Assembly: GCA_950097015.1 (NCBI GenBank)
Contig: CATNEN010000025.1
Coordinates: 6,138,001 to 6,202,000 of the forward strand
Length of the DNA stretch: 64,000 nucleotides
Source of the DNA: Macrostomum hystrix
Lineage: Eukaryota > Animalia > Platyhelminthes
Direction of reading: 5' to 3'
Of the stretch, positions 1-10,320 are shown in pieces. A program made the position numbers and the translations under genes. The first letter of the stretch is position 1, and each line of letters begins with the position of its first letter. Under the pieces are notes generated by a model, which made no database searches, was not told where the DNA came from, and saw only the letters and a list, made by a program, of their open reading frames with translations.

Positions 1-2
1 CG

Positions 3-257
3 GAATCGGCTGCTCCTACTCAGCTGCCATTGGAGAAGCATTTCCAGCAGCAGTTGCTTTTAATGCAAAAGAGAACAGCCAGGACGCCGCCAGCGCAGCG
101 TAGGTTAACTCCGCCTAGCGACAGGAATGGTCGGCGTTTGTTGATTCTCTGTCCTATTCCCGAGGCGGAAGCCGCCGCCGCTGCTGCCGCCGCCGCAGCC
201 GCCGCCGCTGCTGCCGCCTCTCCTACATGTTTGTCGCCCGAGTCGGGTCACTTTTAG
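3..257 (+). CDS. Probable 3' end of an upstream gene (low-complexity, poly-Ala C-terminus), truncated by window start
   Basis: Frame open from base 3 to TAG at 255-257 (ESAAPTQLPLEKHFQQQLL...A16...SPESGHF*). GC-rich like the other exons and followed by AT-rich sequence. No recognisable domain. Confidence 0.35.
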   Translation, partial: ESAAPTQLPLEKHFQQQLLLMQKRTARTPPAQRRLTPPSDRNGRRLLILCPIPEAEAAAAAAAAAAAAAAAASPTCLSPESGHF

Positions 258-1446
258 ACAAAGGAAGCACTTGACAGTTTAAATCGGCATCGAATCTTAT
301 TTTTTTAAATGGTCTAGTAAATGGCGATAGTACTTTTCTTTCAGTCAATTATAGCTGTTGGCTATTTTACTAAACTTTATATGAGTGCTGAATTTATTAT
401 TAATTCATAACTCAATATGCACTGCACCCTGACATGTTTGCTTATTTGTTTCTATCTAGATAAACGCTTTATTATTACTATCAGTAGGGATATTGCACGC
501 AGCTAATTTTTCACCTGGGACCTATTTCACCCCAAATTTCAATATTTATTACCTAATTTCAACATGCAAAATGCTTAAAGTCTGATCACAATACTAGTAG
601 TATTAGACTATATATGCTGTTGCATGATTATAAGCATATTTGAATTGTTTTGAAGTGCTTGAAATCTCTATTTTTAAGCGTGTTATTTAATAACTAAATA
701 TTATTTTGTTCATTCCATTGACTTTCTTTCAGAATTCAATTTTTCATGCAGAAACTATTTAGATTTTTGTTTCACTACTAAAAATATTAAATCTTTGTAT
801 TTCCACTCTTGTTCTGCTCTGAGCACTGTTTATTGTGATGTTTTAAAGCTAAACGATAGCTTTGAAGATCGAGATAGATGAGGCACTGTTTAGGAATGAT
901 GCCTTGCTATCTGAATTCTTTGTTAAGCTTTTATTTAGAAATGCTTTAATGTCATCGGCTATATGTGTATATATAGTCTTTCTGTATAGTCTAAAAGTTA
1001 TTTGCTTCCGCGTTTTATATTTGCGAAGTGTGAAAATTAGTCACGTATAGTATGTTGTATAGTTGTATTTGTATTACCACAAGCCTCAAAGGCTTGACAG
1101 GTAAAGTTGGTTTATCATTTTGATGTCTGTTAACTACTGAATAAACTATTTTATATGTATTTTTGCAGTAAAGTTTTGTAGTCGCATCTGCAAACAACAT
1201 CTCACTCTCTCTCTCTCTGAAAGCACTTTTTACCTTTCTCGTTTTTCCTGCTTTCGCTTTATATCCTTGCGCATAATCGGATGTTGCTACTTTGAGTAGC
1301 ATTACATTTTTTCGTAATAAATTAGTCGAATTCACGAAAAACTCGCATTAATATTACTAATGTGCTAACAACTACATTTTACCAATCCATATTTATCGCA
1401 AAGCATTCAAATTGACTAATTACTAAATAAAATTTCCTCTAAGTGT

Positions 1447-1730
1447 AAATGTCGAACAACACCCCTCCAAATGTACACTTGCCAAACAGCACCCCCTCCA
1501 AATGTACACTTGCCGAACAACACCCCTCCAAATGTATATTAGCCAAACAGCACCCCGCTCCAAATGTACATTTGCCGAACAACACCCCTCCAAATGTATA
1601 TTAGCCAAACACCACCCCGCTCCAAATGTACACTTGCGGAACATCATCCCCCTCCAAATGTACACTTGCCGAACAACATCCCCCTCCATATGTACACTTG
1701 CCGAACATCATTCCCCTCCAAATGTACACT
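1447..1730. repeat. Minisatellite, ~31-bp unit (CCCCTCCAAATGTACACTTGCCGAACAACA-like)
   Basis: About 9 degenerate tandem copies; source of the spurious ORFs at 1423-1876. Confidence 0.9.
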
Positions 1731-2489
1731 CACAGACCAGCATCACCCATCTCGTTTACGCTAAGGGAACAAAACCCCGTATCAATGTATACTTACGGGC
1801 AACACCCCATCCCAATGTTAACTCATTTATTTATGTACACCCCTCCCAAGGACAATGCTTTACAGCTTTAAATTAAATACGTTGTAGTATTTATCTATGC
1901 GTCTTGTTTCTTTCCTCTGCCTTGCAATAAAGGTTGCAATTACAGAATTTCTGTAATAAACAGTGCTTCGCAGTATTGCTTCGCCAGCCAGTGTGTTTAA
2001 TTATTGTTTTTTTTGTTTTGTTTTGTGTTCCTAATACTTATTTGTGTTTCTGTTGCTATCCAGACATCATTGGCCTAGTTATTAATCGTGTAGGTCACTT
2101 TAGGCTAGTAAGTATTTTGTTAATTTGAATCCCTATTTTATGTCACAGCAAATAGCGTTGACTTATGTTTATTTTTTTCTCATGCGATAACGCGTGATAA
2201 GCGTTTAAAGTATTTTGAGTAGCTACTACTTTTGAGCTGGCTGTTTTATTATAAATTTTAATATTACTTAATAATTGTACGATAGATAACGCTTTCGCGT
2301 TACTGCTTGCCAGACTGTCTCGAAATGCTGTAAAACACATCGACCGACCAACTATTAACAATAGCTTGATGCTGTCTATGAAAAAAATATATTTTGTGCC
2401 GGTTCGAATTCGACTTAACTTGTTTGTGAACATTTTTTCTCATTGCTCAAATAGCAAGATAAAATTAGCAATGGAATTTCCGCGGGACA

Positions 2490-2790
2490 GATAAGTACGA
2501 GCTAGTATAGGAACTTTTCGCAGGATAAATTAGTGGTATAGGAATTCTCCACAGGATAGATTAGAAGTATTGGCCAGGATAATAGGAATTTTCCGCAGGA
2601 CTGATTAGTAGTATAGGAATTTTCCACAAGACAGATTAGTAGTATAGGAATTTTCCACAAGACAGATTAGTAGTATAGGAATTTTCCACAAGACAGATTA
2701 GTAGTATAGGAATTTTCCACAAGACAGATTAGTAGTATAGGAATTTTCCACAAGACAGATTAGTAGTATAGGAATTTTCCACAAGACAGT
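2490..2790. repeat. Minisatellite, 31-bp unit GATTAGTAGTATAGGAATTTTCCACAAGACA
   Basis: About 5 near-perfect copies (2610-2788) plus degenerate upstream copies. Confidence 0.9.
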
Positions 2791-2937
2791 AGGGGTTTTC
2801 CTAAAATAGCGCTACTATCGGATGTAATAGTTTTCAACCAATCAGCAATTTATTGTGCGCGATCGGTCTATTTTAAGTTTTTAATTGTTTCTCGTTTCAG
2901 TGTTGTGCCTGTATAAACCTGTCCCTGTGCTGAAGTC

Positions 2938-5188
2938 ATGCAGTCCTCCGCAGACCAGGCGCTGCAGACAGGCAGGCAGCTGGTGGACAGTCCGCCTGCT
3001 GCTCTCATCCGCCTAGTCCGCATGGTTGCTAGGGCGTTCTACACTGGCGAACAGGCTGTCATTGTTGACTATCTGTGCAAGCGGACCATTGTGAAGGAGG
3101 AAGATATGGTCGCCTTGTTTCGGCTGGATATGAAACAACTCAGACAGCTGCTGGTTGTACTCAAACAGGTCAGTTGTTCGGCCTACCCGACTGCCAAATC
3201 CTCATTTCTCCCCAGATACTAATTGCTCCCCGAGATCCTATTTTCTCCCCAGATCCTCATTTATCCCTAGACACTTATTTCCCCCAAAATCCTCGTTTCT
3301 CCCCAGATCCTCATCTGTCTCAGATACATAATTCTCCCTCATTGAACCCTAATGCTAATGAATCCTCAATTATCCTATGTTGCCATTGTCTTTATATCAT
3401 TAGTTTTCCCCGATTCCGCATTTCTACCAGAGCCCTAGTTCTCTCAGATCCTCATTTATCCCAGATCCCCATTTCTCCGAGACCACCGTCCCCGCAAGAA
3501 CTCATGCCCACCCCATACTACTATTAGTGGTGCTGTGTTGTCAATTACAACTGTTGCATATTGCAGGACCAGCTGATTCGCAGCAAGAAGCGCATGGAGA
3601 CAAGCGCAGACGGCCGGGTTACCAAATACGATTACTTCTACATCAACTATGAGGTGTTTGTGAATGTGGTCAAGTACAAGCTGGACACCATGCAGCACCG
3701 CTTAGAGAAAGAACAGAGAGAGTTCACGGCTAGGGCTGCCTTTCACTGCACCGCCTGCTGCAAGACATTCACGGATTTGGAGGCAAGCATGGGCTACCCT
3801 GTTTCATCAATGTCGTAGTTTCGATTAATTATACTCTTTATCCATTCCTTCCATCGCAGGTGAAGGAGCTAGTTGACTTCACCACTGGCGAATTGAAATG
3901 CTCATTTTGCAATGCCGAAGTGGTTGAAGAAGAGAATTTAGCCACTAGGCAGGATTTGCGGCTCAACATGGCTCGCTTTCATGAACAGGTACTATGAAAC
4001 ACGTTTCGATATTTTGCTTCTAGGCAATTGCTTTGACAGAAACTCTCTCAGATCCTCAGTTTGAGCAGGCACCCTCTCAGATCCTCAATTTGAGCAGCCA
4101 TTCTCTCTCTGATCCTCAGTTTGAGCAGCCACTCTCTTAGATCCTCAGTTTGAGCAGCCACTCTCTCAGATCCTCAGTTTGAGAAGGTACCCGACCCTCT
4201 AAGATCACTGTGGCAATCCTAAAACTGTTATCTCAATGGTCTCAATCAGGTGCGTGACCCACTCGACGCCCTGCTAAAAGAGATCGAACGCTTTCGATTC
4301 GGTCCCAGCCTGCTGGAGCCGCCCCTGTCTGACCTGCCCGCTGGCGGCGGTTCGGTCGGCGCTGGCGGCGACCGTCCAGACCTCGCCGGCTCGTCCTCTA
4401 TGGCTTCGCAGCAGGGCGGCGGTACCGGAGTCCCTGGCGGGGGTTCCACAGCATCAATCACTGTCGACATGTCGTCAGCTGGCTCAGACACCGGCGGTAA
4501 ATCGGGCGTTAAAGAAGTGCCCCTGTGGATGCTGGGCAGCGCCATCAATCTAGACGACGATTCCAATAGTCGATTCTCATTGGACGGTGGCGGCGTTGGC
4601 ACAGCCGCTGCAGGCTCCGCTTCTGGTGGCATCGACGGCGGTGACACAGCGCGGAAGGAAGCTATTCAAGATCTACTATTGCAGAACGAGCTGCGTCAGA
4701 AGAAGCTTCAGCAGAAGCAGCAGGCGGCAGCGTCCTCTTCAGCGGCTCCAGCTTCCTCCGCCCCTCCGGCTAGAAAAAAACGTTTAAAAGGTAAAAAACC
4801 GGCCGCCAAATCGGCCTACAGCGACGATGACGACGACGAGGCTGATGAAGATGTCGGCGATAATTCTTCGTCGGTGTCGACTTCAACATCGTCCGAATCC
4901 GATGTCGCTACCGGCGTCGTTAGTTCAAAGGCGCCGTCGGCCGCCAAGCGATTCCGCCCAGGCAACGCGTCCGAGGTTGAAGACTCAGAAGAAGACGAAG
5001 AGGACGACGACGATGAAGGCGCCGGCGGCGATAGCGACGAATGCGACGACGATTTGGCGGTGACCTTTCAAGGAAGACGGCTGCCATACGACGAGGTCAC
5101 GGAAGAAATGGTGCAAGCAATGACAGCGGCTGAAAAGCAAGAGTACGCTGCTGTCGGACAGAAATTCTACGCGCAATTCGATGATTAG
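2938..5188 (+). CDS. GTF2E1: General transcription factor IIE subunit alpha (4 exons, ~504 aa)
   Basis: Exons 2938-3168, 3567-3782, 3860-3988, 4250-5188, all junctions phase 0; intron 2 is GC-AG. Winged-helix segment YFYINYEVFVNVVKYKLDTM, zinc ribbon CTAC...CSFC, and acidic C-terminus ending VTFQGRRLPYDEV...MTAAEKQEY match TFIIE-alpha as I recall it. Confidence 0.95.
3190..3500. repeat. Degenerate pyrimidine-rich minisatellite (CTCATTTCTCCCCAGATC-like) in GTF2E1 intron 1
   Basis: Recurrent TCTCCCCAGATCCTCAT variants. Confidence 0.7.
4043..4185. repeat. Minisatellite, 27-29-bp unit CTCTCAGATCCTCAGTTTGAGCAGCCA in GTF2E1 intron 3
   Basis: About 5 tandem copies. Confidence 0.9.
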
Positions 5189-5304
5189 GCTAACCCTACT
5201 TATGGGCATAAGAGTGAAGCCAGGCGGCTCTTATGGGAAGTAGTTACGTAGGATTACAATATTGCTATAAACCATGTCTACACTTGAACCTTTAGTCTGC
5301 TGTA

Positions 5305-5615
5305 TGTCTGTCTACCTGTCTCCTCTCTAAGTCTACCTGTCTCCTCCCTTTCTAAGTCTACCGGTCTCCTATCTCAGTCTACCGATCTCCTCTCTCAGTC
5401 TACCGGTCTCCTGTCTCAGTCTACCGGTCTCCTCTCTGTCTACCTGTCTCCTCTCTCAGTCTACCGGTCTCATCTCTCAGTCTACCGGTCTCCTCTCTCA
5501 GTCTACTGGTTTCCTCTCTCAGTCTACCTGTCTCCTCTCTCAGTCTACCTGTCTCATCTCTCAGTCTACCTGTGTCCCTTTAAGTCTACCTGTGTCCCTT
5601 TAAGTCTACCTGTCT
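5305..5615. repeat. Minisatellite, ~21-bp unit AGTCTACC(T/G)GTCTCCTCTCTC
   Basis: About 14 degenerate copies downstream of the GTF2E1 stop. Confidence 0.9.
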
Positions 5616-5884
5616 CAAAAATTAAAGAAGTTTATTAACTTAAACTAGTATAATTTCCAATCATTGTAATCTTATCAGCGCCTTGCTCTCTAGTATCTGA
5701 CATTTGTAAAAAAATAAAAAATAGCATTTATATGTTCGCTTGTTATGCTGCCCTATTCAATAACTTTCATTATTGTACTTGAAATACACAGAGTTTCATT
5801 ATCTTGCCAATGTCAGTTTTATCAATTCTTTCTTAATTGCTTTTTTGGATAGATCAATAAGCTACGATTGTATCCTCATTGTCT

Positions 5885-6765
5885 TTTAAGGATTCAGATC
5901 CCCAACTCTCCAGTACTTTGAGGATTCAGATCCCAACCCTCCAGTGCTTTGAGGATTCAGATCCCCAACCCTCCAGTGCTTTGAGGATTCAGATCCCAAC
6001 CCTCCAGTGCTTTGAGGATTCAGATCCCCAACCCTCCAGTGCTTTGAGGATTCAGATCCCAACACTCCAGTGCTTTGAGGATTCAGATCCCAACCCTCCA
6101 GTGCTTTGAGGATTCAGATCCCAACCCTCCAGTGCTTTGAGGATTCAGATCCCAACCCTCCAGTGCTTTGAGGATTCAGATCCCCAACCCTCCAGTGCTT
6201 TGAGGATTCAGATCCCAACACTCCAGTGCTTTGAGGATTCAGATCCCCAACCCTCCAGTGCTTTGAGGATTCAGATCCCCAACCCTCCAGTGCTTTGAGG
6301 ATTCAGATCCCAACACTCCAGTGCTTTGAGGATTCAGATCCCAACCCTCCAGTGCTTTGAGGATTCAGATCCCAACCCTCCAGTGCTTTGAGGATTCAGA
6401 TCCCAACCCTCCAGTGCTTTGAGGATTCAGATCCCCAACCCTCCAGTGCTTTGAGGATTCAGATCCCAACACTCCAGTGCTTTGAGGATTCAGATCCCAA
6501 CCCTCCAGTGCTTTGAGGATTCAGATCCCAACCCTCCAGTGCTTTGAGGATTCAGATCCCAACCCTCCAGTGCTTTGAGGATTCAGATCCCAACACTCCA
6601 GTGCTTTGAGGATTCAGATCCCAACACTCCAGTGCTTTGAGGATTCAGATCCCAACCCTCCAGTGCTTTGAGGATTCAGATCCCAACACTCCAGTGCTTT
6701 GAGGATTCAGATCCCAACACTCCAGTGCTTTGAGGATTCAGATCCCAACCCTCCAGTGCTTTGAT
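5885..6765. repeat. Minisatellite, 31/32-bp unit TTTGAGGATTCAGATCCC(C)AAC(C/A)CTCCAGTGC
   Basis: About 28 near-identical copies in the GTF2E1-LYRM4 spacer. Confidence 0.97.
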
Positions 6766-6957
6766 GATTTAAAGACTAAACCCTATGTAGTCCCTTAGGG
6801 ATTTTGATTCTCTACTTCCACATAACTTCCCTTACCTAAAAAACTCTAAGCGTGATTTTGAGCCTAGTAAGTACGAGCGTACAATCCCATTCTCAATATT
6901 TATAATCCTCTATTTTTCTCCAGCTCCCTTCGCCGAATCCCAGCAATCCAAGCAAGC

Positions 6958-7236
6958 ATGTCTTCAACAGCCGCGGTTAGATCTGAGGCGTTGATCATCT
7001 ACAAGCAGCTACTCCGGGCTGGTCAACAGTTCAGTCTGTACAATTTTCGAAGCTACGCGCGCGATAGAATCAGGCACGAGTTCAGGCTCAACCGCAGCGT
7101 GTCTGATCCGGAACGACTGCGAGACCTCCTTGGCGAGGCCCGACGGAGCCTTGAAATGCTGCGGCGTCAGACTGTCATCAGTCAGATGTTCTCAACCCAG
7201 CGACTTGTCATTGAGCACGGAGTTAAGCTTGTCTGA
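6958..7236 (+). CDS. LYRM4: LYR motif-containing protein 4 / ISD11 (Fe-S cluster assembly, NFS1 partner), 92 aa, no coding introns
   Basis: LIIYKQLLRAGQQFSLYNFRSYARDRIRHEFRLN...LRRQTVISQMFSTQRLVIE aligns end to end with LYRM4/ISD11 (LYR motif, F..YN.R.YA..RIR..F). Confidence 0.93.
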   Translation: MSSTAAVRSEALIIYKQLLRAGQQFSLYNFRSYARDRIRHEFRLNRSVSDPERLRDLLGEARRSLEMLRRQTVISQMFSTQRLVIEHGVKLV

Positions 7237-7282
7237 ACTTCTGAATCATTGGAGCTTTGACTGTCCGTTTGCATTATCATTC

Positions 7283-7855
7283 TATCTGCATTGGATTGCT
7301 AATCTATACAGTTTGGATTGCTAATCTATACAGTTTGGATTGCTAATCTATACAGTTTGGATTGCTAATCTATACAGTTTGGATTGCTAATCTATACAGT
7401 TTGGATTGCTAATCTATCCACTAGGGGTTAGAATGGATTGCTAATCTATCCACTAGGGGTTAGAATGGATTGCTAATCTATCCACTAGGGGTTAGAATGG
7501 ATTGCTAATCTATCCACTAGGGGTTAGAATGGATTGCTAATCTATCCACTAGGGGTTAGAATGGATTGCTAATCTATCCACTAGGGGTTAGAATGCATTG
7601 CTAATCTATCCACTAGGGGTTAGAATGGATTGCTAATCTATCCACTAGGGGTTAGAATGGATTGCTAATCTATCCACTAGGGGTTAGAATGGATTGCTAA
7701 TCTATCCACTAGGGGTTAGAATGGATTGCTAATCTATCCACTAGGGGTTAGAATGCATTGCTAATCTATCCACTAGGGGTTAAAATGGATTGCTAATCTA
7801 TCCACTAGGGGTTAAAATGGATTGCTAATCTATCCACTAGGGTTTAAAATGGATT
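7283..7855. repeat. Compound minisatellite: 22-bp unit GGATTGCTAATCTATACAGTTT switching to 32-bp unit GGATTGCTAATCTATCCACTAGGGGTTAGAAT
   Basis: About 5 copies of the short unit, then about 14 of the long unit. Confidence 0.97.
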
Positions 7856-8393
7856 TCTTACTAAAAGTTTGATCTGATATCCTAAAACAGACTTGCAGAT
7901 TGTAAGCAGGAAACTGTATTTATAATAACCTTGTGTGACTTTTGGATCACATTAACTTCTTATTTTTCTAATTAAGATCTTTTTCTTCTATTATTGGCTA
8001 GAACTGAAACCCGTTGAACTGTGCAGCATGCAGTTTAAAATGCTTGCTGCAGTCATATTGTTTGTTGCAGAGACAGATAAATTAGTTCCGCTGCACCAAA
8101 CCTATAAAATCTGTTTGATTGCTTAGTTGAATTCATTTTGCATTCTAGTTTTGTAGCCAGTGCTAGATTTTGTAGCAACTTTTTTTGACGAAAATGCATA
8201 GTTAACAGTAGCTTGTATTCTTCCCTTCTGTTGTTCAGAAAAGTACATCTTTCATGTTTCCAATTATACATCAAAATTGATTATGTAATTCAAGAAGTCA
8301 TAAATCCAGTTTTTTTCTTTGGGTTCAGTAAAAAGTATTGGTTCTAATAATTACTGCAAAAATAAGTCCCCAAAAGTACTTTAAGCCAACCCA

Positions 8394-10134
8394 CAGATCC
8401 TCAAGTTCAGTACTCACCCATTCACTCAGATCCTCAAGCTCAGTACTCACCCATTCACTCAGATCCTCAAGTTCAGTACTCACCCATTCACTCAGATCCT
8501 CAAGTTCAGTACTCACCCATTCACTCAGATCCTCAAGTTCAGTACTCACCCATTCACTCAGATCCTCAAGTTCAGTACTCACCCATTCACTCAGATCCTC
8601 AAGTTCAGTACTCACCCATTCACTCAGATCCTCAAGTTCAGTACTCACCCATTCACTCAGATCCCCAGGTTCAGTACTCACCCATTCACTCAGATCCTCA
8701 AGCTCAGTACTCACCCATTCACTCAGATCCTCAAGTTCAGTACTCACCCATTCACTCAGATCCTCAAGTTCAGTACTCACCCATTCACTCAGATCCTCAA
8801 GTTCAGTACTCACCCATTCACTCAGATCCTCAAGTTCAGTACTCACCCATTCACTCAGATCCTCAAGCTCAGTACTCACCCATTCACTCAGATCCTCAGG
8901 TTCAGTACTCACCCATTCACTCAGATCCTCAGGTTCAGTACTCACCCATTCACTCAGAACCTCAGGTTCAGTACTCACCCATTCACTCAGATCCTCAAGT
9001 TCAGTACTCACCCATTCACTCAGATCCTCAAGTTCAGTACTCACCCATTCACTCAGATCCTCAGGTTCAGTACTCACCCATTCACTCAGATCCTCAAGTT
9101 CAGTACTCACCCATTCACTCAGATCCTCAGGTTCAGTACTCACCCATTCACTCAGATCCTCAAGTTCAGTACTCACCCATTCACTCAGATCCTCAGGTTC
9201 AGTACTCACCCATTCACTCAGATCCTCAGGTTCAGTACTCACCCATTCACTCAGATCCTCAGGTTCAGTACTCACCCATTCACTCAGATCCTCAGGTTCA
9301 GTACTCACCCATTCACTCAGATCCTCAGGTTCAGTACTCACCCATTCACTCAGATCCTCAGGTTCAGTACTCACCCATTCACTCAGATCCTCAAGTTCAG
9401 TACTCACCCATTCACTCAGATCCTCAAGTTCAGTACTCACCCATTCACTCAGATCCTCAAGTTCAGTACTCACCCATTCACTCAGATCCTCAGGTTCAGT
9501 ACTCACCCATTCACTCAGATCCTCAGGTTCAGTACTCACCCATTCACTCAGATCCTCAAGTTCAGTACTCACCCATTCACTCAGATCCTCAAGTTCAGTA
9601 CTCACCCATTCACTCAGATCCTCAGGTTCAGTACTCACCCATTCACTCAGATCCCCAGGTTCAGTACTCACCCATTCACTCAGAACCTCAGGTTCAGTAC
9701 TCACCCATTCACTCAGATCCTCAAGTTCAGTACTCACCCATTCACTCAGATCCTCAGGTTCAGTACTCACCCATTCACTCAGAACCTCAGGTTCAGTACT
9801 CACCCATTCACTCAGATCCTCAAGTTCAGTACTCACCCATTCACTCAGATCCTCAAGTTCAGTACTCACCCATTCACTCAGATCCTCAAGTTCAGTACTC
9901 ACCCATTCACTCAGATCCTCAGGTTCAGTACTCACCCATTCACTCAGATCCTCAAGTTCAGTACTCACCCATTCACTCAGATCCTCAGGTTCAGTACTCA
10001 CCCATTCACTCAGATCCTCAGGTTCAGTACTCACCCATTCACTCAGATCCTCAGGTTCAGTACTCACCCATTCACTCAGATCCTCAAGTTCAGTACTCAC
10101 CCATTCACTCAGATCCTCAGGTTCAGTACTCATC
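8394..10134. repeat. Minisatellite, 33-bp unit CAGATCCTCA(A/G)GTTCAGTACTCACCCATTCACT
   Basis: About 52 copies. The unit is 11 codons long, which explains the spurious 602- and 608-aa ORFs. Confidence 0.98.
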
Positions 10135-10170
10135 CTAGTGATGAGTACTCAAGTTCTCACTTGAGTACTA

Positions 10171-10285
10171 GGGGTTGTAGCCTAGTGTTTAGAGCGACAC
10201 TACTAGATACTCGGGGGTTCGCTTCCCGTCTCTGCTGTAATAATTTGTGTCCCTCAGCAAGACACTAAAGTCTGCATTGTATACC
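10171..10285 (+). mobile_element. Degenerate tRNA-derived SINE (CORE-SINE-like), 5' part
   Basis: tRNA-like head GGGGTTGTAGCCTAGTGTTTAGAGCG (A-box-like) and B-box-like GGTTCGCTTCCC (~10216-10227). These are followed by TTGTGTCCCTCAGCAAGACACTAAAG, resembling the CORE domain (TGTGTCCTTGGGCAAGACACTTAAC). A related copy lies at 22150-22282. Confidence 0.65.
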
Positions 10286-10320
10286 TTCCAGTCAGCGCTG
10301 TTACACATTAATAGAATCCA

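Noticed and set aside
8325-10164. 602-aa and 608-aa ORFs on opposite strands (EDLSEWVSTEL / SSSVLTHSLRS repeats)
   Set aside because: They are an automatic consequence of a stop-free 33-bp unit; there is no non-repeat coding context or splice support.
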